Source: Candidatus Rokuibacteriota bacterium (GTDB lineage Bacteria > Methylomirabilota > Methylomirabilia > Rokubacteriales > CSP1-6). From it: a stretch of DNA of 64,000 nt. Position 1 is the stretch's first letter; every line of letters starts with the position of its first letter. The translations under genes were made by a program, and so were the position numbers. Location: contig VBPC01000164.1 in NCBI GenBank assembly GCA_005887895.1, positions 3,512-67,511 of the forward strand, read 5' to 3'. Of this stretch, positions 28,201-36,550 are shown piece after piece. Under the pieces are notes generated by a model, which worked only from the letters and a program-made list of their open reading frames with translations, did no database searches and was not told the DNA's origin.

Positions 28201-29655
28201 GTGGAACCAGCGCTCCACCGATTGGTCTCCAAAGGTGTGCTCAGGCAAGGCGACTTCCTGCGGGAGGAGTCTGAGGGGGAGAGCACCCCCCTCAGTCCAG
28301 ACACCAGCCCCCCCCTCGAAGTCCAATACATCCACATCGCCGTGCTGGACGAGATCCAGCGGCGTCAGGTGCACGCCCGGCGCGTCCCGCGGCCGGTGGC
28401 GACGGCCGAGCAGTTCACCGCGTTCCTGCTCCGCCGCCATCACGTGCACCCCGAGCACCGGCTGGTCGGGCCGCCTGGCGTGCTCGCCGCGCTGGAGCTG
28501 CTGCAGGGCGAGGACTTCCCGGTCAAGGTCTGGGAGCAGGATCTGCTGCCGGCGCGCGTCGACGATTACCGGCGCGACTGGCTCGATCGGCTCGGGTTGG
28601 CCGGCGAGATCGTGTGGACGGTCTTCGAGCCGGCCGCCGGCGAGACCGGACGCACCGGCCGGGTCGGCGTGGCGTTGCGGGAGAACGCCGGCTGGCTGCG
28701 CGAGACGGCGGAGCGCTCGGCGCTCGACCCCCGCACGAAGAATGTCCTGCTCCACCTCCAGCTCCGCGGCGCCTCGTTCGCGCGCGACCTCGCGCGCGGG
28801 GCCGGCCTCGAGCCGGCCCAGGTGGAAGCGGCGCTCTGGGCGCTGTTCCGCACAGGTCTGGCGACGCCCGACACGTTCAGCGCGATCGTAGCCGCGGCGG
28901 GAGCGCCCCGGAGCGACGGCGAGCGGGGCCCCGCCCGTCGTCGTCGCCCCCGCCGCGGCCAGGCGCGCGGCGTGCTCGCGCATCTGCCGCCGATCGGCCG
29001 GTGGACCGCGCTGGCGGAGGAGGAGCCGCTGTCGCCGGAGGAGCGCGAGGAGGCCCGCGCCCAGTTGCTGCTGGCCCGGTACGGCGTGGTGACGCGCGAG
29101 GTCGCGCGCGGCGACTGGGCGACGCTGCGCCACACGCTCCTGCGCATGGAGTACGGCGGCGAAGTCGTCCGCGGCTATTTCGTCGAGGGCCTCTCGGGCG
29201 AGCAGTACGCGCTCGGGAACTCGCTGGCCGACCTCGCCGCCGCGCCGCGGCGGGCCGAGCCGCACGTTCTCGTGAACCTCGCCGATCCGGCGAACCTCTG
29301 GGGGCGGGCCTGGCCGCTCTCGCGCCGCGACGGCGCGCGACTCGGCGTCGCGCGGCTTCCGCACGCCTGGCTGATCGTGCGCGCGGGCCGGCCGGTGGTG
29401 CTGGTCGAGAACTACGGGCGCGAGCTCACGCCGCTGGCAGGCTTCGCGGCGGTTGACCTGCCGGGCACGGTGCGGGCGCTGCAGACGCTCATGGAGCGTC
29501 CACTCACGCTCCGCCCCGTGCGCCGGCTGGAGGTCCTCGGCTGGGACGGCCGTCCCGTTCGCGACACGCCGGCGTTCGCGGCCCTGGTCGAGGCCGGCTT
29601 CAGCGCCGACGGGCCACGGCTGACGTGGGACGGCTATCCCGGGCCGAGGCCCTGA
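25282..29655 (+). CDS. lhr: ATP-dependent helicase Lhr (large helicase-related, DEAD/DEAH box)
   Basis: 1457 aa. APTGSGKT (motif I), VIVDEVHAL (DEVH), and a long C-terminal Lhr-type extension. Confidence 0.9.
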   Translation: MPQFLPFVRQWFTQTFAEPTRPQREGWEAIASGRDTLIVAPTGSGKTLAAFLWALDHLHRLGLGGRLEDRVYVVYVSPLRALNNDIEKNLREPLAGIRAAAEAAGLEPPEIRVAVRTGDTLAAARQAMTRRPPHVLITTPESLYILLTSAGFRPALAQARFVIVDEVHALMASKRGAHLALSLERLQALVEAREPGARPQRIGCSATVSPIEEALAFVTGATGRDPIVVDAGFSRDLDVQVVSPVDDFLTATSDTVWDAALQQIAELVQAHRTTLVFAQSRRAAERLARDLNDRIPDGRVAAHHGSLSRRARLDAENRLKAGELRALVATSSLELGIDVGAIDLVVQVQSPRNVAAALQRVGRAGHLLSRTSKGRLLVTKGEELLEAAAVVRTIKERRLDRIAMPEAPLDVLAQQIVAAVAAESIEVDALYARFVNAAPYRALARETFLQVVRSVAEPLPAEVKGVAPRILWDRVNDRLHARRGSRFLALTAGGTIPDAGLYDVYVADTDLKVGTLDEEFVTESLPGDVFLLGSHAWKIAKVRADRVLVEDAQGMSPTIPFWKGEHPSRSWDLGVAVGRLRRDAAERLDAPDFPAWAMAECGCDARAATAMRAWLVKAGEVLQGIADDQGIVVESFSDEMGGRHAMIHSVFGMRINGAWGMALREQVRRRFGLLAEASHVDDGILLSFAPGQVPPNPERLVTLVAPEELDTLLGDALIGSPLFGTRFRHAAVRALFIPRMTRGQRTPAYLQRLKADALLEAVRGQPDFPVVSETLRECFNDAFDVPRLRRLLERLHDHEMWTRHVDTPLPSPFVYPLLLAWDWAYLDTGHAEERRSDTVTMRKAWSVAPGPLRPEIIAGVEAELQKTTPDRRARDANELAAILDDLGDLTREEIAERVVADADGLVEALVAERRITLVEFGARRAWIPAPDAPLYAGLATDAGLERILLRAMRTRGPVTAASLAIRYGLAATDVEPALHRLVSKGVLRQGDFLREESEGESTPLSPDTSPPLEVQYIHIAVLDEIQRRQVHARRVPRPVATAEQFTAFLLRRHHVHPEHRLVGPPGVLAALELLQGEDFPVKVWEQDLLPARVDDYRRDWLDRLGLAGEIVWTVFEPAAGETGRTGRVGVALRENAGWLRETAERSALDPRTKNVLLHLQLRGASFARDLARGAGLEPAQVEAALWALFRTGLATPDTFSAIVAAAGAPRSDGERGPARRRRPRRGQARGVLAHLPPIGRWTALAEEEPLSPEEREEARAQLLLARYGVVTREVARGDWATLRHTLLRMEYGGEVVRGYFVEGLSGEQYALGNSLADLAAAPRRAEPHVLVNLADPANLWGRAWPLSRRDGARLGVARLPHAWLIVRAGRPVVLVENYGRELTPLAGFAAVDLPGTVRALQTLMERPLTLRPVRRLEVLGWDGRPVRDTPAFAALVEAGFSADGPRLTWDGYPGPRP

Positions 29656-29658
29656 GCG

Positions 29659-30015
29659 TCAGCGAGGCGACGCCGAGCTCGAGGTGACCTGCAGGTTGTT
29701 GACGACGTTCGTCACGCCGGTAACGGTCCGCGTGATCTCCTCGGCCCGCGTCTTGTCGTTGACGGAGTCCACCGCGCCGTCGAGGTGCACGATCCCGTTG
29801 ACCGTGGTGACACCGACCCGCGTGAGGTTCGTCGTCCTGTCACGCACGAGCTTGGCCTTGACCTCGGCGCTGATGGTCTTGTCGTCGATGTAGCGCCCGG
29901 CGCTCCGTCCGGTCATCGACCGGCAGCCCGGCAGGAACGCCACGACGAGCAGCAGCGCAACGACCACCCTGACCGTGCTGGAAGCGACCGTGCTGGAAAC
30001 GCCCATCGTCCTCAT
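29659..30015 (-). CDS. BON domain lipoprotein (OsmY-like)
   Basis: Signal peptide with LPGC lipobox, then DDKTISAEVKAKL...VTTVNGIVHLDGAV...V. ATGA overlap with the upstream gene. Confidence 0.75.
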   Translation of the reverse strand: MRTMGVSSTVASSTVRVVVALLLVVAFLPGCRSMTGRSAGRYIDDKTISAEVKAKLVRDRTTNLTRVGVTTVNGIVHLDGAVDSVNDKTRAEEITRTVTGVTNVVNNLQVTSSSASPR

Positions 30016-30569
30016 CCCGCGTAGCCGCGCGACTTCATGCAAGCGCCGTACGCCGCGCGATAGTGCTCGTCGTTCTTCTTGTTGTCCCAGATCCCGTACA
30101 GCGTGCCGCCGCCGGCGCCCAGCGCGCCGCCGATCAGCGCGCCCTTGCCGGCGCCCTTGCCACCCTTGACGGCGGCGCCACCTAGCGCGCCCACCGCCGC
30201 GCCGCCCAGCGCGCCGATGCCGGCGTCCTTGGCGACGTCGATGTACTTGTCCTTGCCCTCGCGCGGCGCCGACCCGGCCTGGGCCGAGGCCTGCCGGTTA
30301 CAGGCGTTGATCGCCTCGCGCGTCGGCACGCTCGACCGCGGTGTCTCCGTGGCCGGTGGCGTCGGCGTGGGAGCCGGCGCCTGGGCCACCGGCGGCGTTG
30401 ACGGTGTGACGACGGCGCTCGGGGCGGCCGACGGGGTCTCGACCCGCGCCTCCTGCTTCGGTGCGGTCCGGTTGGCGACCACGAGCCCGGTCACGACCGC
30501 GGTCGCGGCCACGACGACGAGCCCGATGGCGGTCAGCTTCCAGAGTCCAGCGCGGTTGAGGTCAGTCAT
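30012..30569 (-). CDS. membrane-anchored glycine-zipper protein
   Basis: N-terminal TM segment, Pro/Thr-rich linker, and C-terminal GIGALGGAAVGALGGAAVKGGKGAGKGALIGGALGAGGG Gly-zipper. GGTAGGAGG SD. Confidence 0.65.
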   Translation of the reverse strand: MTDLNRAGLWKLTAIGLVVVAATAVVTGLVVANRTAPKQEARVETPSAAPSAVVTPSTPPVAQAPAPTPTPPATETPRSSVPTREAINACNRQASAQAGSAPREGKDKYIDVAKDAGIGALGGAAVGALGGAAVKGGKGAGKGALIGGALGAGGGTLYGIWDNKKNDEHYRAAYGACMKSRGYAG

Positions 30570-30691
30570 CGGTCGATCCTCCTACCTCGATCTCCGCGAG
30601 TAGCACCTATCGTGCCAGCGACTTTCGAAGCCGCGGGCCCGGCGTGGCGGGTGACTTGGCCCAGGCTCTGTAGTCAAATGCAGGCCAGCCC

Positions 30692-31060
30692 ATGCCGAAG
30701 ACGACACGCCGCATCGCCACGAAGCGCGTGTACGAGCCGGCCGCGCCGGCGGACGGCACGCGCGTGCTGATCATGCGGTACTGGCCTCGGGGGATCCGGC
30801 GCGAGAAGGTCGACCAGTGGCTGCGGGACCTGGCGCCGGTCATTCCGCTGCTCCGCGCGTTTCTCGACGGCAACATCACCTGGGCGCAGTACCGCCCGCG
30901 CTACCTGGCCGGCCTGCGGCGGCCGGAGGCCCAGGCGGCGCTGGCCCAGGTGCGGGCGCTGGCCCGCCGCCGGCGCGTCACGCTGCTGTGCGGCTGCGCC
31001 GATCCCCAGCGCTGCCACCGCACGCTGCTGCAGAGGCATCTGCTAGACTCTGCCGAGTGA
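30692..31060 (+). CDS. DUF488 domain-containing protein
   Basis: RVLIMRYWPRGI... and the C-terminal VTLLCGCADPQRCHR, typical of DUF488. Confidence 0.75.
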   Translation: MPKTTRRIATKRVYEPAAPADGTRVLIMRYWPRGIRREKVDQWLRDLAPVIPLLRAFLDGNITWAQYRPRYLAGLRRPEAQAALAQVRALARRRRVTLLCGCADPQRCHRTLLQRHLLDSAE

Positions 31061-31476
31061 CACGCATCGCGTTGCTGGTGTCCGTGCTCGGTGTGCTGGC
31101 AGCAACCCCGGCGTCGGCCGAGCACGAGATCTACTACCGCTACACGGTCCTGGGTTACGTGAAGGATGGTGCCGGCACGCCGCGACCAAGCCAGAGCGTG
31201 GAGTTGATCCGTGACAAGACCGGCTTTTCCTATCTCGGCGAGACCGACGCCGCCGGCCTCTTCGTCATCGTGGCCCGGCTGGGCGACGAGAGCGCCGGCG
31301 AGGGCCTGACCCTGCGGCTCGGCGGCGCCCGCACGCGGCTCACGGCAAGGTTCGACCCCGCCAACCACAGCGACGAGCGCGGCACCCGCGTCGACTTCGA
31401 GGGGGACCGTGTCGTCGAACGGCGTACGTGGTTTCGGTCCACGCTCGCCAACTTCCTCAGCACCACCCGGCGCTGA
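31057..31476 (+). CDS. hypothetical secreted protein (139 aa)
   Basis: GTG 31057 (GTGA overlap with the DUF488 stop). Signal peptide VTRIALLVSVLGVLAATPASA. High GC3. Confidence 0.5.
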   Translation: MTRIALLVSVLGVLAATPASAEHEIYYRYTVLGYVKDGAGTPRPSQSVELIRDKTGFSYLGETDAAGLFVIVARLGDESAGEGLTLRLGGARTRLTARFDPANHSDERGTRVDFEGDRVVERRTWFRSTLANFLSTTRR

Positions 31477-31496
31477 GTCGATCAGGGGAGGCTGAC

Positions 31497-31772
31497 ATGG
31501 CCACGAAGGCCGCCGCCCGCCGCGGCATGAAGGCGTACGTGCTGATCGAGACGGCGCCCGGCAAGACGAAGTCGGTGAAGAAGGAGCTGAGCCGGATCAC
31601 CGGCGGCGGCTCCACCCTGGCCCACCTCGACGCCGTCACCGGCCCTTACGATTTCATCGCGCAGGTCGAGGGGCCCACTCTCGACGCCATCGGCCGCCTC
31701 GTCACCGACGAGATCGGCGCGATCGACGGCGTCACACGCACGACGACGTGCGTGGCCGTGGCCATCGGCTGA
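31497..31772 (+). CDS. Lrp/AsnC ligand-binding domain protein (stand-alone, no HTH)
   Basis: KAYVLIETAPGKTKSV...VTGPYDFIAQVEG. AGGGGAGG SD. Confidence 0.7.
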   Translation: MATKAAARRGMKAYVLIETAPGKTKSVKKELSRITGGGSTLAHLDAVTGPYDFIAQVEGPTLDAIGRLVTDEIGAIDGVTRTTTCVAVAIG

Positions 31773-31773
31773 C

Positions 31774-32733
31774 GTGCGCGTTCTCATCGCGGGGGGCACG
31801 GAGTTCATCAGCCTGCACCTGGTGCGGGCGCTCCAGCGCGACGGCCACCGCGTGGCCGTCGTCAACCGGGGTCGTCAGTCCGGCCGGCTGCCCGCCGGCG
31901 TCGAGACGTTCGTGGCCGACCGCACGGATCACGCGGCGCTCGCCAAGGCGCTGGCCGGCCAGCGCTTCGACGGCCTCGTCGACGCCACCTACGCGCCGAC
32001 CACCGGCGAGGACGTGGCGGCCCTGCTCGACGCGCCGGCCGCCGTCGAGCATGCGGTGTTCGTCTCGACCGCGCGCGTCTACGACCATGCCCGGCCGATT
32101 CCGTTCGACGAGGACACGCCCCGCAACCTCTACTGGGGCGACTACGCGAAGAACAAGATCGCCGGCGAGGACGTCCTGCTCGAGCGGCACCGCGCGCACG
32201 GACTGCCGGTCACGATCGTGCGGCCCACCCACGTCTACGGTCCGCTCAACACGCGCAACAACGAGACGTTCTTCTTCGACCGGCTCGCGCGCGGCCGACC
32301 GGTGCTGGTTCCCGGCGCCGGCGGCTGGCTGCGGCAGTTCGGCCACGTGGAGGACCTCGCCGACGCTATGGCCGCGATGCTGGGCAACCGGGCGGCATTC
32401 GGCCGCGCCTACAACGTCACCGGCGAGGAGAGCGTCAGCCAGGTCGGCTTCGTCGAGGTGATCGCCGACGTCATGAAGCGGCCGCTGACGCTCGTCCACG
32501 CCCCGACGCCGAGCGGCGGCACGCCGGCGCCGTTCGGCCAGAACCTCACCTACGACTGTCACGCCGTCCACACGACCGCCCGCGTCCGGACCGAGCTCGG
32601 CCTGCGGCCGCGCTACACGCTGGCCGCCGGCCTCGCCGGGACGCTCGAGTGGTATCTGCGCGAAGGTCTCGACAAGCGGGCGATCGACTTCGGCGCCGAG
32701 GACGCACTGCTGCGCTCGCTCGGGGCGCGATGA
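31774..32733 (+). CDS. NAD-dependent epimerase/dehydratase family protein
   Basis: VLIAGGTEFISLHLV Rossmann motif and YAKNKI (YxxxK). GTG start. Confidence 0.85.
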   Translation: MRVLIAGGTEFISLHLVRALQRDGHRVAVVNRGRQSGRLPAGVETFVADRTDHAALAKALAGQRFDGLVDATYAPTTGEDVAALLDAPAAVEHAVFVSTARVYDHARPIPFDEDTPRNLYWGDYAKNKIAGEDVLLERHRAHGLPVTIVRPTHVYGPLNTRNNETFFFDRLARGRPVLVPGAGGWLRQFGHVEDLADAMAAMLGNRAAFGRAYNVTGEESVSQVGFVEVIADVMKRPLTLVHAPTPSGGTPAPFGQNLTYDCHAVHTTARVRTELGLRPRYTLAAGLAGTLEWYLREGLDKRAIDFGAEDALLRSLGAR

Positions 32734-33704
32734 CGGGTCCGCGCGTGCGGCGGCGCCGACGGCGCCCGCTCGCGCTCGTCTACCACCCGGACGGCTCGGA
32801 GGCGTACGCCCGGCTGATCACCGTGCCGCGCGGCGCGGACGTCACCATCCAGGTCTGCGCCACCGAGGAGGAGGCGGCCGCCCACATCGGCGACGCCGAG
32901 GTCCTCTACTGCTGGAAGCTGCCGCCCGCGCTCTACGGCAAGGCGGGCCGCCTGCGCTGGCTGCAGGCCATGGGCGCCGGCGTGGAGTGGGCGCTGGTGC
33001 CCGACCTGCGCCGTCGTGTCCTCGTGACGCGCGCGCCGGGCGTGTTCGGCCCGTGGATGAGCGAGTACGTCATCGGCTGGTGCGCCTGGGTGACGCAGCG
33101 GATGGAGACGTACCGGGCCGCCCAGCGCGAGCGCCGCTGGCGCGACGACGTCCTGCCCGAGCGGCTGCGCGGCCGCACGCTCACGCTGGTCGGCATCGGC
33201 GACATCGGCGGCGAGATCGCGCGGGTGGCCCGGGCGGTCGGCCTGCACGTCGTCGGCGTCAGCCGCTCCGGGCGCCGCGTGCCGCACGTCGACCGCGTCC
33301 ACCGTGTGTGGAATCTCCACCGGGCGCTGAGCGCGGCCGACTTCGTCGTGGTCGTGGCGCCGCTCACGCCGGCGACGCGCGGGCTCATCGACGCCCGCGC
33401 GCTGGCGGCCATGCGTCCGGCAGCCTGGCTGCTGAACGTCGGCCGCGGCCCCGTCGTCGACGAGGCCGCGCTGATCGAGGCGCTCCGCACGCGCCGCATC
33501 GCCGGCGCGATCCTCGACGTGTTCGACACCGAGCCGCTGCCCGCCGAGCATCCGTTGTGGCGGCTCGACAACGTCGTGATCACGCCGCACATTGCCGGGC
33601 CCAGCACGCCGGAGGAGATCGCGCCGATCTTCAACGCCAACCTCGCCCGCTGGCTCACCGGCCAGCCACTGCTCCACCTCGTCGACCGCCGCCAGGGATA
33701 CTAG
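32730..33704 (+). CDS. D-isomer-specific 2-hydroxyacid dehydrogenase family protein
   Basis: GIGDIGGEIARVARAVG (NAD binding), LLNVGRG..VDE and ITPHIAG. ATGA overlap with the upstream stop. Confidence 0.85.
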   Translation: MTGPRVRRRRRRPLALVYHPDGSEAYARLITVPRGADVTIQVCATEEEAAAHIGDAEVLYCWKLPPALYGKAGRLRWLQAMGAGVEWALVPDLRRRVLVTRAPGVFGPWMSEYVIGWCAWVTQRMETYRAAQRERRWRDDVLPERLRGRTLTLVGIGDIGGEIARVARAVGLHVVGVSRSGRRVPHVDRVHRVWNLHRALSAADFVVVVAPLTPATRGLIDARALAAMRPAAWLLNVGRGPVVDEAALIEALRTRRIAGAILDVFDTEPLPAEHPLWRLDNVVITPHIAGPSTPEEIAPIFNANLARWLTGQPLLHLVDRRQGY

Positions 33705-33779
33705 CGGCCGGTTCACGTGTGGAGGACGCGGTCTACGACGCGTTGCTCAGCCGAGGAATTCCCGTCGGAGGGATCATAA

Positions 33780-33814
33780 CGCCGCGCGCAGCCGGGACAG
33801 CGCCGCGCGCGGCG
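33780..33814. terminator. GC-rich hairpin between convergent genes (10-bp stem CGCCGCGCGC/GCGCGCGGCG, 15-nt loop)
   Basis: Read directly. No U-tract, so its function as a terminator is uncertain. Confidence 0.35.
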
Positions 33815-33823
33815 CGTGATTCG

Positions 33824-35197
33824 CTATTTGCCGCGGCCGCGACCTCCGCCGCCGCCCTTCCGGTCGCCGCCACCACCGGTCTTATCGCCGCCGCGGTCAC
33901 CGCCATTCCCGATGTTACCGCTGCCGGCGCCGCTGCCACCGGAGCCGCCGCCCTGGTCACCCGTACCAGCGCCGACTCCGCTGGTGCCGGTCCCGGTAAC
34001 GCCACCGCTGGAGGCGAGGACGCCGCCACCGACCTGGCCGGAACCGCCACCAGTCGCACCGGAGTTGCCACCACCGGCGACACCACCAGCGTTGCCGCCG
34101 CCGCCAGCGTTGGCGCCACCGGCGAGACCGCCCTGGCCAGAACCGCCGGCCGTACCGCTGTTGCCAGCACCACCGGCATTGCCGCCGCCAGCATTGCCGC
34201 GATCGCCGCCGTTTCCACCGGCACCGCCGCCGGCGACGGCTCCGCCGCTACCGCTGGAATTCCCACCGCCGTTACCACTGCCACCGCCGTTCGACCCGCC
34301 GCCCTGCTCGCCGGTACCGCCGCCGCCACCGGCCACGGCCCCGCCGCCGGCACCGCCGTTCGAGCCGCCGCCCTGGTCACCGAGAGCTCCGCTGCCGGAG
34401 TTGCCAGCGCCCGCGCCGGCCCCGGTCTGGCTCCCGCCCGCGCTCGAGGCGCCACCGCCATTGCCAACACCGACGGCCGAGAGCTGCTGAACCGCCTGCT
34501 CCGCGTGCGTGGGGGCGAGCGCCGACGTCGCCGCCGGCGCGGTCCGCAGGGGGGCCTTGAACCCCGCCGCGAGCCGGTCGGCGGAATGCCGCGGGATCGA
34601 CAGCGGAGTCGACAGTCGCGATCCGACCGCGATCACCTGTTGCAGGTCCCGGACGCTCACCGCCTGACCGATCGGCGTCCCGGCGGCGTCGAGCCGCGTG
34701 ACGTCGATGTGGCCGTGAAGCACGGTGATCGTCGAACGCGTGCCTTCAGCATCCGGCTCCACCTCGGTGACGACGATCGTGCCGCGGATCGCGGCCGTGG
34801 CGTTCGGCGTGCGGATCTCCACGACGTCACCCGCCTGCATGCGCTCCCGCAGGACGTTGATGTGGGTCCGGCCGGCGGTGATCGTGACCGTCGACACGTT
34901 CGGCATCTCGGTGATGCGCACGATCGACCGCTCGCGCACGGTGAGCACGGCCTTGCCGCCGAGCAGGATCTTCGCGAGCGAGGCGTCCCCGGTGGCAATC
35001 TGATCGTGCAGATAGACGTTGTCGCTGAAGCGCAGCGGGAGCGGCTGCTTGACCGAGACGCGCGTCACGCTCGCCGTCCCCTGCAAGGCGCTGACGCGAC
35101 CGGCGGGGATTTCCTCTGACGACGCAGTCAGCGCCAGCGCGCTTCCCACTACCAGGATCGGCAGCAGAAAGCCGATGGCTCGTTTGGCAGTGCTCAT
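33824..35197 (-). CDS. secreted FecR-domain protein with a Gly/Asn/Ser-rich low-complexity C-terminal tail of about 210 residues
   Basis: Signal peptide MSTAKRAIGFLLPILVVGSALALTASS. FecR-like RVSALQGTASVTR...VYLHDQIATGDASLAKILLGGKAVLTVRERS. The tail has motifs such as G(D/E)QGGGSNGG and ends in GGGGDRKGGGGGRGRGK. Confidence 0.8.
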   Translation of the reverse strand: MSTAKRAIGFLLPILVVGSALALTASSEEIPAGRVSALQGTASVTRVSVKQPLPLRFSDNVYLHDQIATGDASLAKILLGGKAVLTVRERSIVRITEMPNVSTVTITAGRTHINVLRERMQAGDVVEIRTPNATAAIRGTIVVTEVEPDAEGTRSTITVLHGHIDVTRLDAAGTPIGQAVSVRDLQQVIAVGSRLSTPLSIPRHSADRLAAGFKAPLRTAPAATSALAPTHAEQAVQQLSAVGVGNGGGASSAGGSQTGAGAGAGNSGSGALGDQGGGSNGGAGGGAVAGGGGGTGEQGGGSNGGGSGNGGGNSSGSGGAVAGGGAGGNGGDRGNAGGGNAGGAGNSGTAGGSGQGGLAGGANAGGGGNAGGVAGGGNSGATGGGSGQVGGGVLASSGGVTGTGTSGVGAGTGDQGGGSGGSGAGSGNIGNGGDRGGDKTGGGGDRKGGGGGRGRGK

Positions 35198-35337
35198 GAG
35201 GCTCCCCCGGCGGGCGCCCACTCGCTGCCGCAGGCAGCCCGGCGTCTTGACCCGGAGCAACGCCAGTGCCAGGAGTTTGGAAACCTACCGCGGCTAGTCT
35301 CTTGCCACTCAACGGGCGTGGAGGTCGCGGGACTTTT

Positions 35338-36072
35338 TCAGCGGGCGTGGATCACGAGGCGATAGCCGAGGTCGAGCTCGGAGGCGTCGAGCAGGCGCCC
35401 GTGCCGGCGCTCCCAGGTCCCGTCCTCCAGATCGGCGCGCAGCCGGGCGAGGCCCGTCCCCGCGTCGAGCTTCGAGAACGTCGAGATCGCGCTGCGCACG
35501 CCGGCGTCGAGATACGCGCGCGGCCGGCGCCAGTACGCGCCCAGAAATCCGTCGAGGCAGTCGTGCGGGATCGGCAGCCGAACGATCTCCAGCGGGCCCA
35601 GCGCCGCGCGCAGCTCGTCGAGCGTCGGGAAGATCGGGCGGTCGATCTCCACGAGCTGCGGGAGGTAGTCGTCGACCAGCCAGAAGCCTCGGCTCGCCGG
35701 ATCCCACGTCAGGATCACCACGCGCTCGCGCGCGACGCGCTTCATCTCCGCCAGCCCGCGGGCGCGATCGGGCCAGTGGTGCACGGTCAGCACAGCCAGC
35801 GCGGCCGCCAGCGCGGCGTCGCGGAACGGCAGGTCCAGGGCCGAGGCCTGAACGACCGGGGCGCCGTCCGGCCGGCGCTGCCGGATCATCAACGGCGACG
35901 GCTCCACCGCCACCACGGGACGGTCGGTCGGCTCGTAGGAGCCGGCGCCGGCGCCGACGTTGAGCACGCTCTCGGCGGCGCCGAGCGCGTGGAGGATGGC
36001 GGCGGCGATGCGCGGGTCGGGGCGACGATGGGTCCGGTAGTCGGGGCCGATCTCGTCGTAGAGCTGACCCAC
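35338..36072 (-). CDS. class I SAM-dependent methyltransferase
   Basis: VLNVGAGAGSYE (motif I). Start placed at GTG 36072, just downstream of the mscL stop. Confidence 0.75.
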   Translation of the reverse strand: MGQLYDEIGPDYRTHRRPDPRIAAAILHALGAAESVLNVGAGAGSYEPTDRPVVAVEPSPLMIRQRRPDGAPVVQASALDLPFRDAALAAALAVLTVHHWPDRARGLAEMKRVARERVVILTWDPASRGFWLVDDYLPQLVEIDRPIFPTLDELRAALGPLEIVRLPIPHDCLDGFLGAYWRRPRAYLDAGVRSAISTFSKLDAGTGLARLRADLEDGTWERRHGRLLDASELDLGYRLVIHAR

Positions 36073-36089
36073 CGCGCGCGTGGTTCGCG

Positions 36090-36530
36090 CTACGGTCGGG
36101 GGGCGGCGATGTCCGACGTGCAGTGCGGGCAGCGGCGCGCCTTCGCCGGAATCGCCGTCGCGCAGTGCGGGCACTCCCGGGTCGGCGGGGCCGGCGGCGG
36201 CGGCCCCTTGAGGCGGTTGACCTGGCGCACGACCAGGAAGACGGCGAAGGCGATGATCACCAGGTTGATGACGGCGTTCAGGAAGAGGCCATAATTCAGC
36301 GTGGGCGCGCCGGCCGCCCGGGCCGCCGCCAGCGTCGGATACGACCGGCCGGTGAGGCTCACGAACAGATCGGTGAAGCTCACCCGGCCGATCACGAGGC
36401 CGATCGGCGGCATCAGGAGGTCGTTCACGAAGGAGCTCACGACACCGCCGAAGGCCGCGCCGATGACGATGCCGACGGCGAGGTCGACGACGTTTCCCCG
36501 CATGATGAAGGCCTTGAACTCGCGGAGCAT
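36090..36530 (-). CDS. mscL: large-conductance mechanosensitive channel MscL with a C-terminal CxxC...CxxC zinc-ribbon extension
   Basis: MLREFKAFIMRGNVVDLAVGIVIGAAFGGVVSSFVNDLLMPPIG is canonical MscL. The tail is ECPHCATAIPAKARRCPHCTS. GGAGG SD. Confidence 0.9.
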   Translation of the reverse strand: MLREFKAFIMRGNVVDLAVGIVIGAAFGGVVSSFVNDLLMPPIGLVIGRVSFTDLFVSLTGRSYPTLAAARAAGAPTLNYGLFLNAVINLVIIAFAVFLVVRQVNRLKGPPPPAPPTRECPHCATAIPAKARRCPHCTSDIAAPRP

Positions 36531-36550
36531 GGCGACCTCCGGTGGCGCGG

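Noticed and set aside
33816-34490. Pro-rich 224-aa ORF on the plus strand, and the possibility that the repetitive DNA here is a CRISPR or tandem-repeat array.
   Set aside because: It is the antisense of the Gly-rich tail of the FecR-domain gene, which has a signal peptide, an SD and a recognisable domain. The repeats are degenerate and have no unique spacers or fixed period, so this is not a CRISPR array.
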